NCBI GenBank assembly: GCA_026770705.1
Contig: JANJGN010000034.1
Coordinates: forward strand, 17,546,001-17,610,000
Reading direction: 5' to 3'
DNA length: 64,000 nt
Origin: Isurus oxyrinchus
Lineage: Eukaryota
Part shown: positions 46,256 through 58,249 of the stretch, one piece after another
Numbering within the stretch: the first letter of the stretch is position 1
How the letters are laid out: every line of letters starts with the position of its first letter
Notes under the pieces: model-generated
Database searches by the model: none
Seen by the model: the letters and a program-made list of their open reading frames with translations, nothing else
What the model was told of the DNA's origin: nothing
Translations under genes and position numbers: made by a program

Positions 46256-49200
46256 AGGAAGAGAGGGAGCGGGGGGAAGAGAGGGAGTGGGGGGAAGAGA
46301 GGGAGTGGGGGGAAGAGAGGGAGTGGGGGGAAGAGAGGGAGGGGGGGGGGAAGAGAGGGAGTGGGGGGGAAGAGAGGGAGTGGGAGGGGAAGAGAGGGAG
46401 TGGGGGGAAGAGAGGGAGTGGGGGGAAGAGAGGGAGTGGGGGGAAGAGAGGGAGTGGGGGGAAGAGAGGGAGTGGGGGGGGAAGAGAGGGAGTGGGGGGG
46501 GAAGAGAGGGATTGGGGGGGGAAGAGAGGCAGTGGGAAGAGATGGATTTGGGGGGGATGAGAGGGAATGGGGGTGCAGAGAGTGAGTGGGGGTGCAGAGA
46601 GGGAGTGGGGGGGCAGAGAAGGAGTGGGGGGGGCAGAGAAGGAGTGGGGGGGCAGAGAAGGAGTGGGGGGGAGGAGGGAGTGGGGGGGGCAGAGAGGGAG
46701 TGGGGGGCAGAGAGGGAGTGGGGGGCAGAGAGGGAGTGGGGGGACAGAGAGGGAGTGGGGGGGACAGAGAGGGAGTGGGGGGGCAGAGAGGGAGTGGGGG
46801 GGCAGAGAGGGAGTGGGGGGGCAGAGAGGGAGTGGGGGGGAAGAGAGGGAGTGGGGGGGAAGAGAGGGAGTGGGGGGGAAGAGAGGGAGTGGGGGGGAAG
46901 AGAGGGAGTGGGGGGGGAAGAGAGGGAGTGGGGGGGAAGAGAGGGAGTGGGGGGGAAGAGAGGGAGTGGGGGGGAAGAGAGGGAGTGGGGGGGAAGAGAG
47001 GGAGTGGGGGGGAAGAGAGGGAGAGGGGGGGGAAGAGAGGGAGTGGGGGGGAAGAGAGGGAGTGGGGGGGGAAGAGAGGGAGTGGGGGGGGAAGAGAGGG
47101 AGTGGGGGGAAGAGAGGGAGTGGGGGGGGGAAGAGAGGGAGTGGGGGGGGAAGAGAGGGAGTGGGGGGGTGAAGAGAGGGAGTGGGGGGGGGAAGAGAGG
47201 GAGTGGGGGGGGAAGAGAGGGAGTGGGGGGGGAAGAGAGGGAGTGGGGGGGGGAAGAGAGTGAGTGGGGGGGGAAGAGAGGGAGTGGGGGGGGAAAGAGA
47301 GGGAGTGGGAGGGGAAGAGAGGGAGTGGGGGGGAAGAGAGGGAGTGGGGGGGAAGAGAGGGAGTGGGGGGGAAGAGAGGGAGTGGGGGGAAGAGAGGGAG
47401 TGGGGGGTAAGAGAGGGAGTGGGGGGGAAGAGAAGGAGTGGGGGCGCAGAGAAGGAGTGGGGGGGCAGAGAGGGAGTGGGGGGGCAGAGAGGGAGTGGGG
47501 GGGCAGAGAGGGAGTGGGGGGGCAGAGAGGGAGTGGGGGGGCAGAGAGGGAGTGGGGGGGCAGAGAGGGAGTGGGGGGGCAGAGAGGGAGTGGGGGGGCA
47601 GAGAGGGAGTGGGGGGGAAGAGAGGGAGTGGGGGGGGAGAGAAGGAGTGGGTGGGGGGGAGAGAGGGACTGGGGGGGGGAAGAGAGAGACTGGGGGGGGG
47701 GGAAGAGAGGGACTGGGGGGGGGGGGAAGAGAGGGACTGGGGGGGGGGGAAGAGAGGGACTGGGGGGGGGGGGAAGAGAGGGACTGGGGGGGGGGGAAGA
47801 GAGGGACTGGGGGGGGGAAGAGAGGGACTGGGGGGGGGGAAGAGAGGGACTGGGGGGGGGAAGAGAGGGACTGGGGGGAGGGGAAGAGAGGGGACTGGGG
47901 GGGGGAAGAGAGGGGAGGGGGGGGAAGAGAGGGAGTGGGGGGGGAAGAGAGGGAGTGGGGGGGGAAGAGAGGGAGTGGGGGGGGGAAGAGAGGGAGTGGG
48001 GGGGGGAAGAGAGGGAGTGGGGGGGGGAAGAGAGGGAGTCGGGGGGGGAAGAGAGGGAGTGGGGGGGGGGGAAGAGAGGGAGTGGGGGGGGAAGAGAGGG
48101 AGTGGGGGGGGAAGAGAGTGAGTGGGGGGGGAAGAGAGGGAGTGGGGGGGAAGAGAGGGAGTGGGAGGGGAAGAGAGGGAGTGGGGGGGAAGAGAGGGAG
48201 TGGGGGGGAAGAGAGGGAGTGGGGGGGAAGAGAGGGAGTGGGGGGGAAGAGAGGGAGTGGGGGGGTAAGAGAGGGAGTGGGGGGGAAGAGAGGGATTGGG
48301 GGGGAAGAGAGGCAGTGGGAAGAGATGGATTTGGGGGGGATGAGAGGGAATGGGGGTGCAGAGAGGGAGCGGGGGGGGCAGAGAGGGAGCGGGGGGGGCA
48401 GAGAGGGAGCGGGGGGGGCAGAGAGGGAGCGGGGGGGGGCAGAGAGGGAGCGGGGGGGGAAGAGAGGGAGCGGGGGGGGGGAAGAGAGGGAGCGGGGGGG
48501 GAAGAGAGGGAGCGGGGGGGGAAGAGAGGGAGCGGGGGGGGAAGAGAGGGAGCGGGGGGGGAAGAGAGGGAGCGGGGGGGGGAAGAGAGGGAGCGGGGGG
48601 GGGAAGAGAGGGAGCGGGGGGGGAAGAGAGGGAGCGGGGGGGGGAAGAGAGGGAGCGGGGGGGGAAGAGAGGGAGCGGGGGGGAAGAGAGGGAGCGGGGG
48701 GGGGAAGAGAGGGAGCGGGGGGGGGGAAGAGAGGGAGCGGGGGGGGGGAAGAGAGGGAGCGGGGGGGAAGAGAGGGAGCGGGGGGGAAGAGAGGGAGCGG
48801 GGGGGGAAGAGAGGGAGCGGGGGGGGAAGAGAGGGAGCGGGGGGGGAAGAGAGGGAGCGGGGGGGGAAGAGAGGGAGCGGGGGGGGAAGAGAGGGAGCGG
48901 GGGGGAAGAGGGAGCGGGGGGGGAAGAGGGAGTGGGTGGGAAGAGGGAGTGGGGGGGAAGAGGGAGTGGGGGGGGAAGAGGGGAGTGGGGGGGGAAGAGG
49001 GAGTGGGGGGGGAAGAGGGAGTGGGGGGGGAAGAGGGAGTGGGGGGAAGAGGGAGTGGGTGGAAGAGGGAGTGGGGTGGAAGAGGGAGTGGGGTGGAAGA
49101 GGGAGTGGGGGGAAGAGGGAGTGGGGGGGGGAAGAGGGAGTGTGGGGGGAAAGAGAGGGAGTTCGGGGGGGGAAAGAGAGGGAGTTCGGGGGGGGAAAGA

Positions 49201-52200
49201 GAGGGAGTTCGGGGGGGGAAAAGAGAGGGAGTTCGGGGGGGGGAAAGAGAGGGAGTGGGGGTGTGGAAAGAGAGGGAGTTGGGGGGGAAAGAGAATGAGT
49301 TGGGGGGGGGAAGAGAGGGAGTTCGGGGGGGAAAAGAGAGGGAGTTGGGGGGGAAGAGAGGGAGTTGGGGGGGAAGAGAGGGAGTTGGGGGGGAAGAGAG
49401 GGAGTTGGGGGGGAAGAGAGGGAGTTGGGGGGGGGAAGAGAGGGAGCTCGGGGGGGAAAAGAGAGGGAGTTGGGGGGGGTCAGAAGGAGTTGGGGGGTCA
49501 GAGGGAGGGGGGGGGGCAAAGAGAGGGAGTTGGGGGGAAAAGAGAGGGAGTTGGGGGGGAAGAGAGGGAGAGTGGGGGGAAAGAGAGGGAGTGGGGGGTG
49601 GAAAGAGAATGAGTTGGGGGGGGAAGAGAGGGAGTTGGGGGGGAAGAGAGGGAGTGGGGGGGGAAGAGAGGAGTGGGGGGGAAGAGAGGGAGTGGGGGGG
49701 GGAAGAGAGGGAGTGGGGGGGGAAGAGAGGGAGTGGGGGGGGGAAGAGAGGGGAGTGGGGGGGGAAGAGAGGGAGTGGGGGGGGGAAGAGAGGGAGTGGG
49801 GGGGGAAGAGAGGCAGTGGGAAGAGATGGATTTGGGGGGGATGAGAGGGAATGGGGGTGCAGAGAGTGAGTGGGGGGGAAGAGAGGGAGTGGGGGGGGAA
49901 GAGAGGGAGTGGGGGGGGAGAGAAGGAGTGGGTGGGGGGGAGAGAGGGACTGGGGGGGGAAGAGAGAGACTGGGGGGGGGGGGAAGAGAGGGACTGGGGG
50001 GGGGGGGAAGAGAGGGACTGGGGGGGGGGGGGAAGAGAGGGACTGGGGGGGGGGGAAGAGAGGGACTGGGGGGGGGGGGAAGAGAGGGACTGGGGGGGGG
50101 AAGAGAGGGACTGGGGGGGGGAAGAGAGGGACTGGGGGGGGGAAGAGAGGGACTGGGGGGGGGAAGAGAGGGACTGGGGGGGGGAAGAGAGGGACTGGGG
50201 GGGGGAAGAGAGGGACTGGGGGGGGGGGAAGAGAGGGACTGGGGGGGGAAGAGAGGGAGGGGGGGGGAAGAGAGGAGGGAGTGGGGGGGGAAGAGAGGGA
50301 GTGGGGGGGGAAGAGAGGGAGTGGGGGGGGGAAGAGAGGGAGTGGGGGGGGGAAGAGAGGGAGTGGGGGGGGAAGAGAGGGAGTCGGGGGGGGAAGAGAG
50401 GGAGTCGGGGGGGAAGAGAGGGAGTGGGGGGGGGGGAAGAGAGGGAGTGGGGGGGGAAGAGAGGGAGTGGGGGGGGAAGAGAGAGAGTGGGGGGGGAAGA
50501 GAGGGAGTGGGGGGGGAAGAGAGGGAGTGGGAGGGGAAGAGAGGGAGTGGGGGGGAAGAGAGGGAGTGGGGGGGAAGAGAGGGAGTGGGGGGGAAGAGAG
50601 GGAGTGGGGGGAAGAGAGGGAGTGGGGGGTAAGAGAGGGAGTGGGGGGGAAGAGAGGGATTGGGGGGGAAGAGAGGCAGTGGGAAGAGATGGATTTGGGG
50701 GGGATGAGAGGGAATGGGGGTGCAGAGAGGAGCGGGGGGGGCAGAGAGGGAGCGGGGGGGGCAGAGAGGGAGCGGGGGGGGCAGAGAGGGAGCGGGGGGG
50801 GGCAGAGAGGGAGCGGGGGGGGGCAGAGAGGGAGCGGGGGGGGAAGAGAGGGAGCGGGGGGGGAAGAGAGGGAGCGGGGGGGGAAGAGAGGGAGCGGGGG
50901 GGAAGAGAGGGAGCGGGGGGGGAAGAGAGGGAGCGGGGGGGGAAGAGAGGGAGCGGGGGGGGAAGAGAGGGAGCGGGGGGGGGAAGAGAGGGAGCGGGGG
51001 GGGGAGAGAGGGAGCGGGGGGGGGAAGAGAGGGAGCGGGGGGGGAAGAGAGGGAGCGGGGGGGGGGAAGAGAGGGAGCGGGGGGGGGGAAGAGAGGGAGC
51101 GGGGGGGGAAGAGAGGGAGCGGGGGGGGGGAAGAGAGGGAGCGGGGGGGGGGGGGGAAGAGAGGGAGCGGGGGGGGGGAAGAGAGGGAGCGGGGGGGAAG
51201 AGAGGGAGCGGGGGGGAAGAGAGGGAGCGGGGGGGGGAAGAGAGGGAGCGGGGGGGGAAGAGAGGGAGCGGGGGGGGAAGAGAGGGAGCGGGGGGGGAAG
51301 AGAGGGAGCGGGGGGGAAGAGGGAGCGGGTGGGAAGAGGGAGTGGGGGGGGGAAGAGGGAGTGGGGGGGGGAAGAGGGAGTGGGGGGGGAAGAGGGAGTG
51401 GGGGGGGGAAGAGGGAGTGGGGGGGGAAGAGGGAGTGGGGGGGGAAGAGGGAGTGGGGGGAAGAGGGAGTGGGTGGAAGAGGGAGTGGGGTGGAAGAGGG
51501 AGTGGGGTGGAAGAGGGAGTGGGGGGGAAGAGGGAGTGGGGGGGAAAGAGAGGGAGTTCGGGGGGGGAAAGAGAGGGAGTTCGGGGGGGGAAAGAGAGGG
51601 AGTTCGGGGGGGGAAAGAGAGGGAGTTCGGGGGGGGAAAGAGAGGGAGTGGGGTGTGGAAAGAGAGGGAGTTGGGGGGGAAAGAGAATGAGTTGGGGGGG
51701 GGAAGAGAGGGAGTTCGGGGGGGAAAAGAGAGGGAGTTGGGGGGGAAGAGAGGGAGTTGGGGGGGAAGAGAGGGAGTTGGGGGGGAAGAGAGGGAGTTGG
51801 GGGGGGGAAGAGAGGGAGCTCGGGGGGGAAAAGAGAGGGAGTTGGGGGGGGTCAGAAGGAGTTGGGGGGTCAGAGGGAGGGGGGGGGGAAAGAGAGGGAG
51901 TTGGGGGGGAAAAGAGAGGGAGTTGGGGGGGAAGAGAGGGAGAGTGGGGGGAAAGAGAGGGAGTGGGGGGTGGAAAGAGAATGAGTTGGGGGGGGGAAGA
52001 GAGGGAGTTGGGGGGGAAGAGAGGAGTGGGGGGGAAGAGAGGGAGTGGGGGGGGGAAGAGAGGGAGTGGGGGGGGAAGAGAGGGAGTGGGGGGGGGAAGA
52101 GAGGGAGTGGGGGGGGGAAGAGAGGGAGTGGGGGGGGAAGAGAGGGAGTGGGGGGGGAAGAGAGGGAGTGGGGGGGGAAGAGAGGGAGTGGGGGGGGGAA

Positions 52201-52915
52201 GAGAGGGAGTGGGGGGGGGAAGAGAGGGAGTGGGGGGGGAAGAGAGGGAGTGGGGGGGGGAAGAGAGGCAGTGGGAAGAGATGGATTTGGGGGGGATGAG
52301 AGGGAATGGGGGTGCAGAGAGTGAGTGGGGGGGAAGAGAGGGAGTGGGGGGGGAAGAGAGGGAGTGGGGGGGGAAGAGAGGGGAGTGGGGGGGGGGAAGA
52401 GAGGGAGTGGGGGGGGGAAGAGAGGGAGTGGGGGGGGGAAGAGAGGGAGTGGGGGGGAAGAGAGGGAGTGGGGGGGAAGAGAGGGAGTGGGGGGGAAGAG
52501 AGGGAGTGGGGGGAAGAGAGGGAGTGGGGGGGGAAGAGAGGGAGTGGGGGGGGAAGAGAGGGATTGGGGGGGGAAGAGAGGCAGTGGGAAGAGATGGATT
52601 TGGGGGGGATGAGAGGGAATGGGGGTGCAGAGAGTGAGTGGGGGGGCAGAGAAGGAGTGGGGGGGCAGAGAAGGAGTGGGGGGGCAGAGTAGGAGTGGGG
52701 GGGGCCAGAGAGGGAGTGGGGGGGCAGAGAGGGAGTGGGGGGGCCGAGAGGGAGTGGGGGGGCAGAGAGGGAGTTCGGGGGGGAAAAGAGAGGGAGTTGG
52801 GGGGGTCAGAGGGAGTTGGGGGGTCAGAGGGAGGGGTGGGAAAAGAGAGGGAGTTGGGGGGGAAAAGAGAGGGAGTTGGGGAGGAAAAGAGAGGGAGTTG
52901 GGGGGGTGGGGGGGA
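46256..52915. repeat. Purine-rich satellite with a higher-order ~2.3-kb duplication
   Basis: The order of unit variants in ~47600-49870 recurs in ~49880-52330. Confidence 0.92.
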
Positions 52916-53208
52916 ATCTGTCGAAAATTCATACGGACTCGAAACGTCAACTGTTTCTCTTCACAGACTCTAGCAGAACTGGTGAATAGTTGCAGTATTT
53001 TCTGAGAGTGATCTCATCCCCCGCCCCCCCCCCCCCCCCCCCCCCCAAAGAGTGGAGAGATCAGGAGTGATTCCCCCACCCCCCCGTGGGTCAGATGGTA
53101 CTTGCTCGGTATAAAGTTCGCTGTTTCCCGGATCCAGACTGAGCGACTCCTTACTGAGAAAATGTCATATCATCTTCCTTCAGATGTCGAGTAACATCTG
53201 AAGTCACA

Positions 53209-53600
53209 GTGCCCGCGGAGGAGGTGGGGAGGCGGCCATCTTGGCAAAGGTACTGAGTAACCGTCACGGGCGGCGGTGCCCGCGGAGGAGTTGGGGAGGC
53301 GGCCATCTTGGCAAAGGTACTGAGTAACCGTCACGGGCGGCGGTGCCCGCGGAGGAGTTGGGGAGGCGGCCATCTTGGCAAAGGTACTGAGTAACCGTCA
53401 CGGGCGGCGGTGCCCGCGGAGGAGGTGGGGAGGCGGCCATCTTGGCAAAGGTACTGAGTAACCGTCACGGGCGGCGGTGCCCGCGGAGGAGGTGGGGAGG
53501 CGGCCATCTTGGCAAAGGTACTGAGTAACCGTCACGGGCGGCGGTGCCCGCGGAGCGGATGAGAATGAGGAGGCGGCCATCTTCGTAAAGGTACTGAGTG
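53209..53600. repeat. 67-bp CpG-rich tandem repeat (~6 units), each with a YY1-type GCCATCTT
   Basis: Units start at 53209, 53276, 53343, 53410, 53477 and 53544. Confidence 0.92.
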
Positions 53601-53654
53601 GGCCCCGGGGAAGCCTTTTCGGTGAAGGGAATAATAGAGCAGCAACAACATTCC

Positions 53655-54227
53655 AACAAAAACAGAATTACCTGGAAAAACTCAGCAGGTCTGGCAGCAT
53701 CGGCGGAGAAGAAAAGAGTTGACGTTTCGAGTCCTCATGACCCTTCGACAGAACTTGAGTTCGAGTCCAGGAAAGAGTTGAAATATAAGCTGGTTTAAGG
53801 TGTGTGTGTGGGGGGGCGGAGAGAGAGAGAGAGAGAGAGGTGCTTGTGTGGACAAACAAGCAGTGGTAGAAGCAGATCATCAAAAGATGTCAGCGACAAT
53901 GGTACAAAAGAACACATAGGTGTTAAAGTTAAAGTTGGTGATATTATCTAAACGAATGTGCTAATTAAGAATGGATGGTAGGGCATTCAAGGTACAGCTC
54001 TAGTGGGGGTGGGGAGAGCATAAAAGATTTTAAAATATTTAAAAATAATGGAAATAGGTGAGAAAAGAAAAATCTATATAATTTATTGGGAAAAAAAGGG
54101 GGNNNNNNNNNNNNNNNNNNNNNNNNNNNNNNNNNNNNNNNNNNNNNNNNNNNNNNNNNNNNNNNNNNNNNNNNNNNNNNNNNNNNNNNNNNNNNNNNNN
54201 NNTTTTCCAGGTAATTCTGCTTTTGTT
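53655..54227 (-). mobile_element. Penelope terminal repeat (hammerhead-like motif 53717-53755) running into the assembly gap; inverted terminus resumes at 54203-54227
   Basis: Near-identical to 17171-17620. Confidence 0.88.
54103..54202. other. Assembly gap (100 N)
   Basis: Run of N. Confidence 1.
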
Positions 54228-54319
54228 AAGAAAGACTTGAGTCTATTCAACACCTTTCACCACCTCCGGATGTCCCAAAGTGCTTCACAGCCAATGAAAT
54301 ACAGTGACTTGAGTGGCTT

Positions 54320-54985
54320 TGACAGTGCAGCACTCCCTCATTACTGACTCTTTGACAGTGCAGCACTCCCTCAGTAACTGTCCATCCGACAATGCAGCGC
54401 TCCCTCAGTGCTGACCCTCCGACAGTGCATCGCTCCCTCAGTACTGACCCTTTGATAGTACAGCGCTCCCTCAGTACTGACCCTCCGACAGTGCAGCACT
54501 CCCTCAGTACTGATCCTCCGACAGTGCAGCACTCCCTCAGTACTGACCCTCCAACAGTGCAGCACTCCCTCAGTACTGACCCTCCGACAGTGCAGCACTC
54601 CCTCAGTACTGACCCTCCGACAGTGCAGCACTCCCTCAGTACTGACCCTCTGACAGTGCAGCGCTCCCTCAGTACTGACCCTCTGACAGTCAGCACTCCC
54701 TCAGTACTGACCCTCTGACAGTGCAGGCACTCCCTCAGTACTGACCCTCCGACAGTGCAGCACTCCCTCAGTACTGACCCTCCGACAGTGCAGCGCGCCC
54801 TCAGTACTGACCCTCCAACAGTGCAGCACTCCCTCAGTACTGACCTCTGACCAATGTAGGACTGCCTTAGTACTGACCCGCTGACAGTGCGACATTCCCT
54901 CAGTTCTGTCCCTTGGACAGTGCAGCACTCCCTCAGTACTGACCCTCCGACAGTGTAGCACTCCCTCAGTACTGACCCTCCAAAA
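54320..54985. repeat. 33-bp SINE-derived tandem repeat (CAGTACTGACCCTCCGACAGTGCAGCACTCCCT), about 20 units
   Basis: Read directly. Confidence 0.92.
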
Positions 54986-55383
54986 TGGCTGATCCCTTAT
55001 CCTGAGACTCTGATCCCCTAGTTCTTGCTGAGCAATGGAAATTGGGGAACGCACAAGAAGAGCTCAGATACCTCAGAGGGTTGTAGGGGGCTGGAGGAGG
55101 TCACAGAGATAGGGAGGGGAACGAGGAGGGGTTTGAAAGCAAAGATAAGACGTTTAAGAGCACGGGGGCTCAGTGGGCAACACTGGGGGGTGGGGGGCGG
55201 TGATGGGCGAACGAGGCTTGTGTGGGTTCGGGCGCAGGAAGGAGAGTTTTGGACGAGCTGAACTTTGCGGAGAGTGAAGATGGACTAAGGTAGCGTCAGA
55301 ATGAACAGTCCAGCATGCTCAAGTCGACGTAAGATCAAAGGGGGTGGGGGGTGGGGGGCGGGGGGGCCGGTGAAAGGTTTTAC

Positions 55384-55712
55384 CTGCTGGGCTGTCGGAT
55401 TTTGAGGTGGGTGTTGATTGCGATGGCCAACAGCACGAAGACAGAGAACTGCGTAGTGATGAGTGGGAAGCAAGCCAGGAGCAGACAGCCGTATAAGCTG
55501 ACAGTGAGGTCCAAACTGAGTAAGATGGAGCACGGGACAGCCAGGGCCCCGACGCTTAGATCGGCCAAGGCAAGGCAGGCGATCAGGTAGTTGTTTAGTG
55601 TCCTCAGCTCTCGGTGTAAGTACACAGTCGCACAGACCAGCAGGTTTATACTAATGACACCAACAGCTAGGGCAACCTCCAAGGCAATGAAGACATTATC
55701 CCCCACCCCCAT
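55384..55712 (-). CDS. Coding exon 1 (TM1-TM3/ICL2) of a divergent adenosine-receptor-like class A GPCR
   Basis: FIALE (TM1 Glu), N1.50, NYLIACLALADLSVG, GCLLLACFPLITTQFSVFVLLAIA; 329-nt exon ending in a phase-2 donor AG|GTAAAA at the position of the ADORA-family intron. Confidence 0.88.
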
Positions 55713-56574
55713 TTAATCAGTTAACCCTTTCCGTCGCTAGGTCACTTTTTCCAACACTGGCTTTTTCTCCCAAGGGGTGCTGGTAAGGAAGGCTCTGTTG
55801 CTGGCTACACTCTTGCTGTCTCTAAATGGAAAGTAACAGGAGGTTGGTATATCAGCGCGCTTTACATGCTGATAACCAGACAGGTACATCGAAAAGTACA
55901 GGTGGGGGGGGGGGGGGGGGGGGGGGTGGGGGGCGATGGGATGGGGTGGGGTGTTCACAGGAGCTGATAATCGTGAAGATCCTGCATGGAACGAGTGAAG
56001 GAGGCAAGGGTGCAACTCGTTGGCAAAGCGCTGCGTTCCCTTCCATCGCGCGAGTTTATATCCATAAATCGAGGTTTCAGGCAAACTCCGCCTTGGTTTT
56101 GAGTGGTAGCGCTCTGCAAGGGATCAGCGAAATCAATCGTGCATGTGCGTTAAGGAAGCACTCAGAGCCTGTTACCGGATGACACCGCACATTACGGCAA
56201 ACATCAGCAACTGTCATTGTGTAAAAAGAAAATCACTGAATCGCACACATAACTCACGGCTACCACCTGTTAGTCAGGCTCTGAGATGGGGAAAGACTGT
56301 TGCTAAGAGAATGCGAATCGAGGACAGAACAAGCTGTGGACTTTGAAAAGTGCGTCTGAGATCTATAAATGATAGTCAATGTCTCCCATCACAGCACTCT
56401 AATGCGCTTCAGGTTATCTCTCTGCAGATAAACCGCTCCCAACCCACTGTATTGCTGGAAACGCAGTTGCAAATTTGCATCTCATTCTGTTGCTTAGGTA
56501 TTCTGTACTTGGGGGCCATCTGCAAATCGCAAGGAATATCACCCCAGTGTCAATGTTAAAGAGAATCACACTCG

Positions 56575-57532
56575 CCCTAAACTATCCCATCAAACACTTC
56601 CAGGGCAGATACAGCACGGGGTTAGACACAGAGTAAAGCTCCCTCTGCTCTGTCCCCATCAAACACTCCCAGGACAGGTACAGCACGGGGTTAGATACAG
56701 AGAAAAGCTCCCTCTACACTGTCCCCATCAAACACTTCCAGGGCAGGTACAGCACGAGGTTAGATACAGAGTAAAGCTCCATCTACGCTGCCCCCATCAA
56801 ACACTCCCAGGACAGGTACAGCACGGGGTTAGATACAGAGTAAAGCTCCCTCTATACTGTCCCCATCAAACACTCCCAGGACAGGTACAGCACGGGGTTA
56901 GATACAGAGTAAAGTTCCCTCTACGCTGTCCCCATCAAAGACTCCCAGAACAGGTACAGCACGGGGTTAGATACAGAGTAAAGCTCCCTCTAAACTGTCC
57001 CCATCAAACACTCCCAGGACAGGTACAGCACGGGGTTAGATACAGAGTAAAACTCCCTCTATGCTGTCCCCATCAAAGACCCCTAGGACAGGTACAGCAC
57101 GGGGTTAGATACAGAGTAAAACTCCCTCTAAACTGTCCCCATCAAACACTCCCAGGACAGGTACAGCACGGGGTTAGATACAGAGTAAAACTCCCTCTAT
57201 GCTGTCCCCATCAAAGACCCCTAGGACAGGTACAGCACGGGGTTAGATATAAAGTAAAACTCCCACTACACTGTCCCCATCAAATAGGCCCAGGGCAGGT
57301 ACAGCATGGGGTTAGATACAGAATAAAACTCCCTCTGTACTATCCCCATCAAACACTCCCAGGGCAGGTACAGCACGGGGTTAGGTACAGAGTAAAGCTC
57401 CCTCAACACTCTCCCCATCAAACACTCCCAGGACAGGCACAGCACGGGGTTAAATACAGAATAAAATTCTCTCTACACTGTCCCAATCACTCACAAGACA
57501 GGTACAGCATGGGGTTAGGTACAGAGTAAAGC
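56575..57532. repeat. 69-bp minisatellite (CCCCATCAAACACTCCCAGGACAGGTACAGCACGGGGTTAGATACAGAGTAAAGCTCCCTCTACACTGT), about 14 units
   Basis: Read directly. Confidence 0.93.
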
Positions 57533-57534
57533 AG

Positions 57535-58045
57535 GTATAGATCCAATTCTCTTCTGATTGTCTCAATTGAATCTGCCTCCCGTACACTCACAGGCAGTGC
57601 ATTGCAGATCCTAACCACTCGTTGATTAAAAATACTGTTCATTTTGTTTTCCTGGGATGTGGGCAAAGCTACCATTTATTCCCTACTGTAATTGCCTTTT
57701 TGACAGTAATAGTGAGCTATCTTCTTGAACTGCTGCAGTGCATCTGATGTAGGTATATCCACAGTGCTGTTGCTGTTGCCTCTTTTGCTTATTACCTTGA
57801 ATCGCTCTCCTTTAGTTCTTGATCCTTCTGCCAATGGGGACCGTTTCTCCCTAATCTGTCCAGAACCCTCATGATTTTGAACACTTCTATCAAATCTCCT
57901 TCTCTTCTCCAAGGACCATAGCCCCAGCTTTGCCAATCTATCCATGTAACTGATATTCCGTATCCCTGAAAGCATTCTTGTGAATTTTTTCTGCATGCTC
58001 TCTCATGTGTTCACATCTTTCCTAAGTTGTGGTACCCAGCACTGG
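57535..58045 (-). mobile_element. CR1 LINE 3' fragments
   Basis: MQKKFTRMLSG..SY.DRL.KLGL.SLEKRR; FNQRVVRICNALP. Confidence 0.8.
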
Positions 58046-58249
58046 CACCCATAACTTGCTTTCTTTTACAGGGTCTCATGTGCTTTATTAACCACTTTCT
58101 GAATTTGTGCCCACATTTATATATACCATAAATGCAACAAAGCAGCAAATCTTTGGATTATCATTCGAGCAATCCAGTACTGAGATACCATGCAAAGCAA
58201 AAAACTTCAAATTAATTTCCCAGTTTGCCTTCTGTTTTCTTTGAGAGGG

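Noticed and set aside
34657-53005. Very long ORFs (up to 4292 aa) on both strands
   Set aside because: The satellite lacks stop codons in several frames; the translations are pure low-complexity repeats.
55384-55712. ADORA3/TMIGD3-style shared-exon fusion with the Ig genes
   Set aside because: The Ig exons are on the opposite strand and B7-like, so they cannot splice to this exon.
53209-57532. CRISPR-like appearance of regular repeats
   Set aside because: Head-to-tail tandem units without unique spacers, no cas genes, vertebrate context.
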